A stretch of 61,816 nucleotides of DNA, the filler included, from an uncultured bacterium (GTDB lineage Bacteria > CAYJOG01), in assembly GCA_964371695.1 (NCBI GenBank). It is 12 parts of 12 records of this genome, joined end to end, with 100 filler letters (N's around TTAATTAATTAA, not from the genome) between each part and the next. Parts side by side here need not be neighbours in the genome. Positions count along the whole stretch, not along the records: positions 51,737 to 56,728 come from CAYJOG010000247.1; positions 56,829 to 61,816 come from CAYJOG010000248.1; 10 more parts are not named here. One strand, 5' to 3'. Positions 53,904-61,816 of this stretch are shown here, piece after piece (position 1 is the stretch's first letter; every line of letters starts with the position of its first letter). The notes beneath the pieces are model-generated. The model did no database searches and was not told the origin of the DNA. It was given only the letters and a program-made list of their open reading frames with translations. The translations under genes were made by a program, and so were the position numbers.

Positions 53904-55865
53904 CTACAACAGGTCCACAGGCTTCACATCCGCCACGCCGGTGGGGTTCCAGCGCTCCCACCACAGGGCCAGCATCAGCGTGAAATAAAGCGGCTGGCTG
54001 AAGTTGCGGATGCCCCCGTGGGCCGCCGCCAGCGCCTGCAACCGCGCCGGGTGAATCACCTCTTGCGGCAACACGCTGCCCTGGCCCAACATGCGCTCGA
54101 TGCGGCCGCGCCACGGCCCGCTGAACCACTGGCCGATGGGCACGCCAAACCCCATCTTGGGGCGGTTTACAAAGGCCTCGCCCAGTTCGGCCCGCAGGGG
54201 TTGTTTGAGAATCACCTTTTGTTCGCCGCCGCCAAACGTGAGGGCGCGGGGCAGGTTCAGGGCCGCCTCCACCACCTCGTGGTCCAGCAGCGGGCACCGG
54301 GCCTCCAGGGCCACGGCCATGCTGGCGCGGTCTACCTTGGTGAGGATGTCCTCTGGCAGATAGGTGATCACGTCGCACAACTGCATGCGCTCCACGTCGC
54401 GGCCCCTGCCCGTGGGGCCAAAGGCCCAGGCCGACTCAAACTGCTGCCGGTAGAGCGGTCCCACGGCGGTCTTCAGGCCATCTGCCAGCAGTTGATAGGC
54501 CTGGGGGGGCATCATGTGGTGGAGGTAACGGTCGCGCTCGCCCATGCCCAGCGACTTGAGCAACTGCGCCCCGCGAATGCCGTCCGGCACCAGACGCGAC
54601 ACCAGCGGGGCGATCAGATAACGCCGCAGGGGTTCGGGAATCAGGCCAAAAAGCTGCCCCGCCTGATGGTAATAACGGTAACGGCCATAACCGGCGGTGA
54701 TTTCGTCGCCCCCGTCGCCCGACAGCGCCACCGTCACCCCCTGCCGCGCAAACTTGCACAGGGCATAGGTGGGAATGGCGCTGCTGTCGCCAAAGGGTTC
54801 GTCATAGTGCCAGCTCAGCAGGTCCAGCACGTCTTCGTGCTGGGGGCCGACAATCTGTGTGTGGTGATCGGTGTCATAACGGGCGGCGGCCTGATCGGCA
54901 TAGGGCAGTTCGTTGAAGGCGGCTTCTTCAAAACCGATGGAAAAAGTGCTGAGCCGCGCCCCCGCCTGATGAATGCCCCGCACCACCCGCGTGCTGTCTA
55001 TGCCGCCCGACAAAAACGCCCCCACCGGCACGTCGGCCATCAGGCGCAGGGCCGTGGCCTCTTGCAGCGTGTGTTCAAATCGTTCGCGCCAGTCTTCGGG
55101 GTTCTGTTCCTGCGGTTCAATGCGGGGGGTCCAGTATCGCCACGTCTGCCACTGGCCGGGTTGGCGCAACTGCGCCACCGCCGCGTGGGCCGGGGGCAGT
55201 TTGAATACGCCGTCGTAAATGGTGCGGGGGCCGTTGATGTAACCACAGGCCAGATACTCCGCCAGGGCCACCGGGTCTACACGCCGGGGCGTGGCGGAGT
55301 CTTCCACCAGGGCCTTCAGTTCGCTGGCCGCCATCAGGCCGCCCTGGGGCGTGCGGGTGAAATAAAGGGGCTTCTTGCCCAGCCTGTCCCGCGCCAGCAG
55401 CGCCACGCCGTCTTGCAGGTCCACCAGCACAAAGGCGAACATGCCCCGCAGGCGGCGCAGGCAGTCCCGCCCCCAATAAATCCAGGCGTTGAGCAAAACC
55501 TCGGTGTCGCTGTGGTCGGTTTCAAACTTCGCGCCCAGGGCCAGCAGCTCCTGCCGCAGGGCGGCGTGGTTATAGATTTCGCCGTTGAACACCACCCAGG
55601 CGCGGCCTGTCACGTCGGCCAAAGGCTGTGTGGCGGCGGTGCTGAGGTCCACAATGCTGAGCCGCCGGTGACCCAGCGCCAGATGCGCCCCCGTCGGGGT
55701 CTGGGGGGTGTCGTCCACCGCCATGGTGTGGGGGCCACTGAGCGATCCCAGCCAGTAGCCCCCCGCGTCTGGCCCCCGGTGGCGCAAGGTGTCGGTCTGA
55801 CGCCTCAAAAGCGCTCCGTCCACCAACACGCCGGGTGGCTCCAGCCGTCCGAAGATGCCGCACAT
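53904..55865 (-). CDS. asnB: asparagine synthase (glutamine-hydrolysing) family amidotransferase
   Basis: MCGIFG, HRGPD, NGEIYN, LSGGIDS, SGDGGDE, KVDRASM. Confidence 0.93.
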   Translation of the reverse strand: MCGIFGRLEPPGVLVDGALLRRQTDTLRHRGPDAGGYWLGSLSGPHTMAVDDTPQTPTGAHLALGHRRLSIVDLSTAATQPLADVTGRAWVVFNGEIYNHAALRQELLALGAKFETDHSDTEVLLNAWIYWGRDCLRRLRGMFAFVLVDLQDGVALLARDRLGKKPLYFTRTPQGGLMAASELKALVEDSATPRRVDPVALAEYLACGYINGPRTIYDGVFKLPPAHAAVAQLRQPGQWQTWRYWTPRIEPQEQNPEDWRERFEHTLQEATALRLMADVPVGAFLSGGIDSTRVVRGIHQAGARLSTFSIGFEEAAFNELPYADQAAARYDTDHHTQIVGPQHEDVLDLLSWHYDEPFGDSSAIPTYALCKFARQGVTVALSGDGGDEITAGYGRYRYYHQAGQLFGLIPEPLRRYLIAPLVSRLVPDGIRGAQLLKSLGMGERDRYLHHMMPPQAYQLLADGLKTAVGPLYRQQFESAWAFGPTGRGRDVERMQLCDVITYLPEDILTKVDRASMAVALEARCPLLDHEVVEAALNLPRALTFGGGEQKVILKQPLRAELGEAFVNRPKMGFGVPIGQWFSGPWRGRIERMLGQGSVLPQEVIHPARLQALAAAHGGIRNFSQPLYFTLMLALWWERWNPTGVADVKPVDLL

Positions 55866-55936
55866 GGGCCACAAGATAACCGCACCGGCCCGCAGGCGAA
55901 AGGGTTGCTGTTTTTCCCTCTGCCGTCCGAAGGATG

Positions 55937-56126
55937 GGCTTGTCATTGCCTGCAAATATGGCCATCCCCGGCGCTGCCGCGCCGCTGGGCGCGCCCGGCA
56001 GCATCAATATGCTGCCGCAAACCCCAAATACCCACCCGCGCCCATTATTCCCGCGAAGGCGGCAGTCCAGTTGAAATCTGGACAGCACACCTTTTTCTAT
56101 TTTCTTTTTTTGTTCTCTTTCAGTGG
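55937..56126 (+). repeat. composite repeat of about 190 bp, inverted partner of 53255-53432
   Basis: Aligned by eye to the reverse complement of the 53.3 kb copy. Confidence 0.8.
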
Positions 56127-56204
56127 GGCGGGCGGGGACGCCCGCCCCACTGTCGCCCGCACCGTGCCAGCCCGAAGCCTCTGGCCTGTACAATGCCCCC
56201 CGCC

Positions 56205-56728
56205 ATGAGCACCGCACCACTTTCCTCCAGTCAGATACGCAAGGCGTATCTGGATTTTTTCGCCACCAAGGGCGCGCTGGTGTTGCCCAGTTTCAGTCTG
56301 GTGCCCCACGACCCCGGCCTGCTCACCACCGTGGCGGGCATGGTGCCGCTGAAGCCCTATTTCGTGGGAGAGGCCGCGCCGCCCTCGCGGCGCATCGCCA
56401 CGTCGCAAAAGTGCCTGCGGGCGCTGGACATCGAAGAAGTGGGTCGCACGCCCCGCCATCACACGTTTTTTGAAATGCTGGGCAATTTCAGCTTTGGGGA
56501 TTATTTCAAGAAAGAGGCCATTCTCTGGGCCTGGGAGTTCATCACCGAACACCTGCACATCGACCCGGTGCGCTTGCGGGTGACGGTGTTTCACGACGAC
56601 GACGAAGCCTATGACCTGTGGCATCAGCAGGTGGGGCTGGAGGCGTGGAAGATCGAGCGCCTGGGCGAAAAATCCAACTACTGGCCCGCCAACGCCCCCA
56701 CCGAAGGCCCCGATGGCCCCTGCGGCCC
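56205..56728 (+). CDS. alaS: alanine--tRNA ligase (3' truncated)
   Basis: [36 protein letters not shown]. Confidence 0.96.
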
Positions 56729-56975
56729 NNNNNNNNNNNNNNNNNNNNNNNNNNNNNNNNNNNNNNNNNNNNTTAATTAATTAANNNNNNNNNNNNNNNN
56801 NNNNNNNNNNNNNNNNNNNNNNNNNNNNGCATCCGAAACCCGGAGGGTTAAAAACCTGTAGGGTTTCGCGCTCGAGACGGGGAATCATTCCCCGTCTCGG
56901 CAATAACAAAACTCCACGGAGGGAGTTTTGTTAGGGGTTTTAAGTTACAATGAAGCCCCTTTGCCGTTTTCCCTC

Positions 56976-57977
56976 ATGTCCCGCACCCGGTTCACATCTA
57001 CCCTGCTCTTTTTTGCGCTGGCGCTCGCGCTGTGCCTGAATACGTCGTCGGTGCGGGCAGGGGAATTGCTGCGTTTTCTGGCCCCGGCCAGCACCGATTC
57101 TGCCGGGGTGAGCAAAAACCGAATCAACGACACGCTCAAAAAACTCTTTGAGGTGCTCAAAGTCAAAACCGGCATTGAGGTGCAACTGGCCCCGTTGCCA
57201 GGCTTTGCCGAGGCCTATGGCAAAAAGGTGTTCGACATGAAGTTCACCGTGGACACCCAGGTGCAGTTGCTCAAACAGAACAAGGTGGAACTGGTGTTCC
57301 TCAGCCCGGAAGACTGGGCGGCCCACCCCGACTTGAAGGCCCTGAGCATCCCCCGTCAGACCTGGACGGTGGTGGGGCAGAAATATGGCAAGGAGTGCAT
57401 TTATGTCAGCCCGAAGTCGGGCCTCAAGACCCTCAAGGAACTCAAGGGCAAAACCTTCAACAACCCCCGCGACTACCTCACCATCCGCATGATCATGGCC
57501 AAAAACGGCGTGGACATGCCGCTCAACAAGTTCTTCAGCGGTTTCGCCTTTGAGGGTGACGCCGAAAAAGGCGCGCAAATGCTGCTGGCGGGCAAGGTAG
57601 ACGCCGTACACATCAACCACATGATGTTTTATTTCCTCAAGAACATGAACCCGGCGCTGTCCAAACTCACACCCGTCGCCTGCCTGGACAACATGCCTTT
57701 TTATCACATCGCCGCCCGCCGGCAGGGCGTGAATCAGGCGCTGCTGGACAGGCTGGATCAGGTGCTGGGTCTGGCGCACAAAGACCCCTCCTTCACGGCC
57801 ATCAAATGGTTTTTTCTGGCCTTCAAGGGCAACTTCATCAAAATCGGCCCGGAGTATTTCGCGGGTTATCAGAAGATGGTGGATGAAGCCGCCAAAAAAG
57901 GCTGGGTCAAGGAATCCCACACGTGGCGCAATCAGGTGGCCCAGCCCCTTTACGCCAAATGGAGGGTCACCCAGTGA
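56976..57977 (+). CDS. PhnD/SsuA-like periplasmic substrate-binding protein
   Basis: Signal peptide; SGLKTLKELKGK, LLAGKVDA. Confidence 0.75.
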   Translation: MSRTRFTSTLLFFALALALCLNTSSVRAGELLRFLAPASTDSAGVSKNRINDTLKKLFEVLKVKTGIEVQLAPLPGFAEAYGKKVFDMKFTVDTQVQLLKQNKVELVFLSPEDWAAHPDLKALSIPRQTWTVVGQKYGKECIYVSPKSGLKTLKELKGKTFNNPRDYLTIRMIMAKNGVDMPLNKFFSGFAFEGDAEKGAQMLLAGKVDAVHINHMMFYFLKNMNPALSKLTPVACLDNMPFYHIAARRQGVNQALLDRLDQVLGLAHKDPSFTAIKWFFLAFKGNFIKIGPEYFAGYQKMVDEAAKKGWVKESHTWRNQVAQPLYAKWRVTQ

Positions 57978-59164
57978 GACGTTTTGACTTAAGAGCCTGT
58001 TTTAAAAGTGCGCGATGTGAAACAGAGCGCACGATAAACAGGCTCTTGCGGCCATGGATGGCCATATCCGAAAGCCGAAACATTGAAAATGTTGTGGGTT
58101 TCGCCACGCCGAGGGGGCTTTGCCCCCGAAGGCGTTGGGTTTTAAAAGTCCACGACGGACTTTTAAAACAGGTTCTAAGAGGAAAAGGGATTTCCTGGTG
58201 TCTGGGTGTGCTGGCCCTGGCGCTGTTGTGGGCCGCGCCCCCAGCCCAGGCGGCCCAACTGGTGATGAGCGTGACCATTGACACCGACAGCACCGGCGTG
58301 AAGAAAAACCAGCTCGCCGACACTTTTAACAAGCTGTTTTCCGTCATCAACGCCAAAACCGGCATCACCATGGTGCTGGACGCCCTGCCCGGTTACACCG
58401 AGGGCCGCAAGCGGGGCGTGTTTGGCAACGTGGTTTATCTCGAGGAAATGGTCAAACGCCTGAAGGCCAAAAAGACGGACATCGTGCTTTTGAGCGCCGA
58501 GGATTATTACCTCTGGCCTGGCATGAAAGACTTGGTGATTCCCTTTGCCAGTTGGACGGTGGCGGGCAAGCAGTTTGGGCGCGAGTGCCTCTATGCCAGC
58601 CCCAAGAGCGGCATCAAGACCGCCAAAGACCTGAAAGGCAAAAGCATTGACGGCCTCAAGGACTATTTCACCGTGCGGCATATCCTTTTCAAAAACGGCG
58701 TGGACGCGCCCCTGAAAAACTTTTTTGGCCGGTTCGATTTCCAGTCCAACACCGAACTGAGTGTGGAGGCCATGATGCAGGGCAAGCTGGACACGGTGTT
58801 GATCAACCACCAGTTGGCTTTTTACCTCAGCAGCATCAAGCCCGCCTATCGGGCGCTGGTGCCCGTGGCCTGCGCCGAGAACATGCCCCTTTACATGATC
58901 ATGATTCGCAAGGGGGCGGACATGAACATGATCAACAAACTGGCCCCCCTGCTGTGGACGGCCCACCGCGACCCCTCCTTTGCTCCCATCAAGTGGTTCT
59001 TTCTGGCCTTCAAGGGCGCTTTTTTCAAGCTGGACGCCAACTATCTGGCCAGCTTCAAACCCGTGCTGGCCCAGGGGCAGGCCAAGGGCTGGGCCAAAGA
59101 GACCATGGACTGGCACAAGGTGCAGATGCCCGCCCTGTATAAAAAGTACATCAGCACGCACTGA
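57974..59164 (+). CDS. tandem paralogous substrate-binding protein with in-frame MITE in its signal peptide
   Basis: GTGA overlap; shared SPKSG.KT.K.LKGK, AH.DPSF..IKWFFLAFKG. Confidence 0.8.
   Translation: MRRFDLRACFKSARCETERTINRLLRPWMAISESRNIENVVGFATPRGLCPRRRWVLKVHDGLLKQVLRGKGISWCLGVLALALLWAAPPAQAAQLVMSVTIDTDSTGVKKNQLADTFNKLFSVINAKTGITMVLDALPGYTEGRKRGVFGNVVYLEEMVKRLKAKKTDIVLLSAEDYYLWPGMKDLVIPFASWTVAGKQFGRECLYASPKSGIKTAKDLKGKSIDGLKDYFTVRHILFKNGVDAPLKNFFGRFDFQSNTELSVEAMMQGKLDTVLINHQLAFYLSSIKPAYRALVPVACAENMPLYMIMIRKGADMNMINKLAPLLWTAHRDPSFAPIKWFFLAFKGAFFKLDANYLASFKPVLAQGQAKGWAKETMDWHKVQMPALYKKYISTH
57993..58175. mobile_element. IS5 (IS1031-like) MITE, 183 bp, TAA TSD
   Basis: TAA|GAGCCTGTTTTAAAAGT ... 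ACTTTTAAAACAGGTTC|TAA. Confidence 0.88.
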
Positions 59165-59519
59165 GGCCCCAAATCTGCAAATCCTGATTACCCTCTCCCC
59201 TTTACGGGGAGAGGGTGGCGCAGAGCGCCGGGTGAGGGGTTTATTCAAAAGCAAAAACCGCTTCCATTTTCCCGTCCGAAGGATGGGAGAAGGTGAATGG
59301 AAGCCGGAATATGGGCGCGGGAGAGGGAAAAATGTGGTGTTTTGCTTATGTTTTACTGGATTCCCGCTTTCGCGGGAATGACGGCAACTTGTGGGTAATG
59401 ACAAGCTCCCCCCACTGGGGAGAGCCTTGGCGTGAGGGGTTGGCGGCAAGCAGGGCGCAGCCCTGCCGTTCCCTTGTTTCTTTCTCTCAGGCGCTAAATT
59501 TCCGGTTAACATGAAAGGG

Positions 59520-60044
59520 ATGCAGGAAGCGGGTGAAGAACTGAAGCTTGGTGCGGGTCTGGCCCAGGAGTTTGGCCTGGACCCCCGGAAAAACACGTTC
59601 ACCAACGCCCACCCCAATGCCTATTACCTGGGGATTTATCTGGCCTGCACCAACCGGTCGTTGCCCCAGCGCGAGGCGGCCCGCCAGGACGGCATGGTGG
59701 GCAGCGACCACGCCTATGAAGTGCTCAAGCTGGGTTTCGCCGACGCCAGCGGGGCCATGGGTCGGCCGGTGCTGACCCTGGTGCACAATACGCCCACGCC
59801 CAAGCGTTCCCCCCGCGTCGCTGCCCCCGCCAAGGCCCCCAAAAACACCCCGTCGTTGCCCACGTTTTCGTTCTCCGGGAAACCCAACCTGATGCTGGTG
59901 TTTCTGGTGTTGGTAGCCCTGGCGGTGCTGCTCACGGTGTTGCAGAACTTTTCGCTCACCCGCCGTCACACGGGTGGTGTGCCGCCCCCTCCCGGCAGCG
60001 AAGCCCCTGCCGACTCAACGGCCCCGTCTGACGACTCCATCTGA
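59520..60044 (+). CDS. hypothetical single-TM protein
   Basis: TM segment LMLVFLVLVALAVLLTVL; TAACAT 7 nt before the ATG at 59520. Confidence 0.65.
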   Translation: MQEAGEELKLGAGLAQEFGLDPRKNTFTNAHPNAYYLGIYLACTNRSLPQREAARQDGMVGSDHAYEVLKLGFADASGAMGRPVLTLVHNTPTPKRSPRVAAPAKAPKNTPSLPTFSFSGKPNLMLVFLVLVALAVLLTVLQNFSLTRRHTGGVPPPPGSEAPADSTAPSDDSI

Positions 60045-60129
60045 AAAACAGGGTTCGGTCGCAGACACTGGTGGCTGGAATTCGGAGGCTGGCAGTCGGT
60101 AAAAGAAAAAAGCCCCCATCGATTTCCGG

Positions 60130-60339
60130 CGTCATTCCCGCGAAAGCGGGAATCCAGTAGAAAAAAAACATCACACCTTTTTCTGTTTTCTTTCAGTGGG
60201 GCGGGCGTCCCGCCCGCCTGAAAAAAAAGACAAAAAACCTTTTTCTTTAAATGGCGGGCGTGCACGCCCGCCCCACTAACAAAAGAAAAAGAGGTTTTGC
60301 CTTTGTTTGACTGGATTGCCTCCTTCGCGGGAATGACGG
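60130..60339. repeat. inverted CGTC REP pair enclosing an inverted GTGG REP pair; right part repeated at about 46670-46810
   Basis: CGTCATTCCC...; GTGGGGCGGGCG...CGCCCGCCCCAC; ...GGGAATGACG. Confidence 0.8.
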
Positions 60340-60522
60340 TAATGGATGGGGCAGGGCCATGACATGCGCCAGCTTTATGCCGGTCTGACCGGGAGTTGCA
60401 ACGTCGGTTTCCTGTCCTTCATGCATCCATAGGCCCTGAAATCTTCACACGCCCCACACATATCCTGAAAATGTTTTAAACTGCTGCTCCCGCCAACCGG
60501 CGGCCATCGAAGGAGGTTTTAC

Positions 60523-61704
60523 ATGTCCCAACCCGTCCCCGTTATCGTCAGCGCGGCTCGCACCGCCATCGGTTCCTTTCAGGGTGTTTTCAGCGAAGTG
60601 TCCGCACCGGAACTGGGCGCAGCGGCCATTCGCGGCGCGCTCGAAAAAATCAAGCTGAACCCGGCCGAGGTGCAGGTGTGCATCATGGGCAACGTGCTCA
60701 CGGCGGGTGCTGGCCAGGCCACGGCCCGTCAGGCGGCCATCAAGGCTGGTTTGCCCGTGAGTGTGGACTGCTTGACCGTCAACAAGGTGTGCGGATCGGG
60801 CATGAAGGCCGTGATGCTGGCGGCAGACCAGATTCGCCTGGGTCAGGCTGACGTGGTGGTGGCCGGGGGCATGGAGAACATGACCCGCTCGCCCTATTTG
60901 CTGCCCAAGGCCCGAGCCGGTTTCCGCATGGGCAACGGCGAGGTGGTGGACAGCATGGTGGCCGACGGCCTGTGGGACCCCTACAACAATTTCCACATGG
61001 GCAGCGCCGCCGAAATGTGTGTGGAAAAAATCAGCGTCACCCGCGAAGACCAGGACAATTTCTCCATCGAAAGCACCAAACGCGCCCGCGCAGCGGTGGA
61101 AGGCGGCCTGTTTGCTGAAGAAATCGTGCCGGTGCTGGTGAAAACCCGCAAGGGTGAAGAAAGCATCACCACCGACGAAGGCCCCGGCAAGGCTGATCCT
61201 TCCAAGATTCCCGCGCTCAAGCCCGCTTTCAAGCGCGACGGCGGCTCGGTCACGGCGGGCAACGCCAGCAGCATCAACGACGGCGGCGCGGCGCTCATCA
61301 TCATGAGCGAAGAAAAAGCCAAGGCCCTGGGGCTGGAAGTGCTGGCCACCATCAAGGGCTACGCCACCCACAGCATCGAGCCGGAATGGTTCACCCTGGC
61401 CCCCGTGGGCGCGATTCAAAAAGCCCTGGCCAAGACGGGCGAATCGGTGGACAGCATCGACCTTTTTGAAATCAACGAGGCATTCGCCGTGGTCACGCTG
61501 GCGGCCATGAAAGAGCTGAAGATTCCCCACGACAAAGTGAACGTGCGGGGCGGCGCGGTGGCCCTCGGTCACCCCATCGGCTGCTCTGGCGCACGCATTC
61601 TGGTGACACTGGTTCACGCCCTGAAACAGGAAGGCAAAAAGAAGGGTCTGGCCACACTGTGCATCGGTGGTGGCGAAGGCACGGCCATGGTGATTGAGCG
61701 GTAG
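60523..61704 (+). CDS. atoB: acetyl-CoA C-acetyltransferase (thiolase)
   Basis: NKVCGSG, NEAF, GHPIG, LCIGGG; AAGGAGG RBS. Confidence 0.95.
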   Translation: MSQPVPVIVSAARTAIGSFQGVFSEVSAPELGAAAIRGALEKIKLNPAEVQVCIMGNVLTAGAGQATARQAAIKAGLPVSVDCLTVNKVCGSGMKAVMLAADQIRLGQADVVVAGGMENMTRSPYLLPKARAGFRMGNGEVVDSMVADGLWDPYNNFHMGSAAEMCVEKISVTREDQDNFSIESTKRARAAVEGGLFAEEIVPVLVKTRKGEESITTDEGPGKADPSKIPALKPAFKRDGGSVTAGNASSINDGGAALIIMSEEKAKALGLEVLATIKGYATHSIEPEWFTLAPVGAIQKALAKTGESVDSIDLFEINEAFAVVTLAAMKELKIPHDKVNVRGGAVALGHPIGCSGARILVTLVHALKQEGKKKGLATLCIGGGEGTAMVIER

Positions 61705-61816
61705 GAGACCAGCGACGGTTTTACGCTGGCCATTTTCGGGAGTAGGCGCGACGCCGCTATTGCCTTTGCTCGGCCAGATGCCTCAATAGGCATCTGGAAA
61801 GATTCCTCGCAAACCG

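Noticed and set aside
53868-56204. 970-aa ORF suggesting a giant AlaRS fusion
   Set aside because: The upstream part is the antisense shadow of asnB plus repeat DNA; alaS starts at 56205.
56860-56935. Two strong hairpins at the contig start, one resembling a tRNA T arm
   Set aside because: No cloverleaf and truncated by the contig edge; probably a repeat or terminator.

Overview
This window is not one locus. It is 12 unrelated draft-assembly contigs of about 5 kb, ordered by decreasing length and joined by 100-nt N44-TTAATTAATTAA-N44 linkers at 5139, 10351, 15560, 20757, 25946, 31130, 36289, 41419, 46543, 51637 and 56729. Gene neighbourhood is therefore only meaningful within a contig. The source is a GC-rich bacterium, probably diderm (TolC- and TolB-like genes); guaB3, long-form HPF and many apparently leaderless genes suggest a Terrabacteria-side lineage (inference). 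Housekeeping genes: cspA, gyrA, ftsH, serS, alaS, trxB, hpf, guaB3, pheA, mtnD, punA, pcm, a thiolase and tRNA-Thr(CGT). The most notable items are: (1) a TetR-linked glycyl-radical enzyme with unusual active-site loops, divergent from two Rossmann oxidoreductases across twin palindromic operators; (2) many nested non-autonomous elements (GTAG/CGTC REPs, BoxC-like hairpins, IS4-, IS630- and IS5-like MITEs), including a 183-bp MITE read in frame inside a signal peptide, a MITE with a 12-bp target duplication inside a REP hairpin, and a MITE end supplying a gene's -10 box and ATG; (3) about 13 genes with leaderless -10/start spacing; (4) unusual domain architectures: FtsH with a TPR-like tail, a desaturase with a helical-repeat tail, a degenerate 3HCDH domain and a truncated chemoreceptor; (5) a candidate invertible promoter. 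No CRISPR array, rRNA or transposase was seen.
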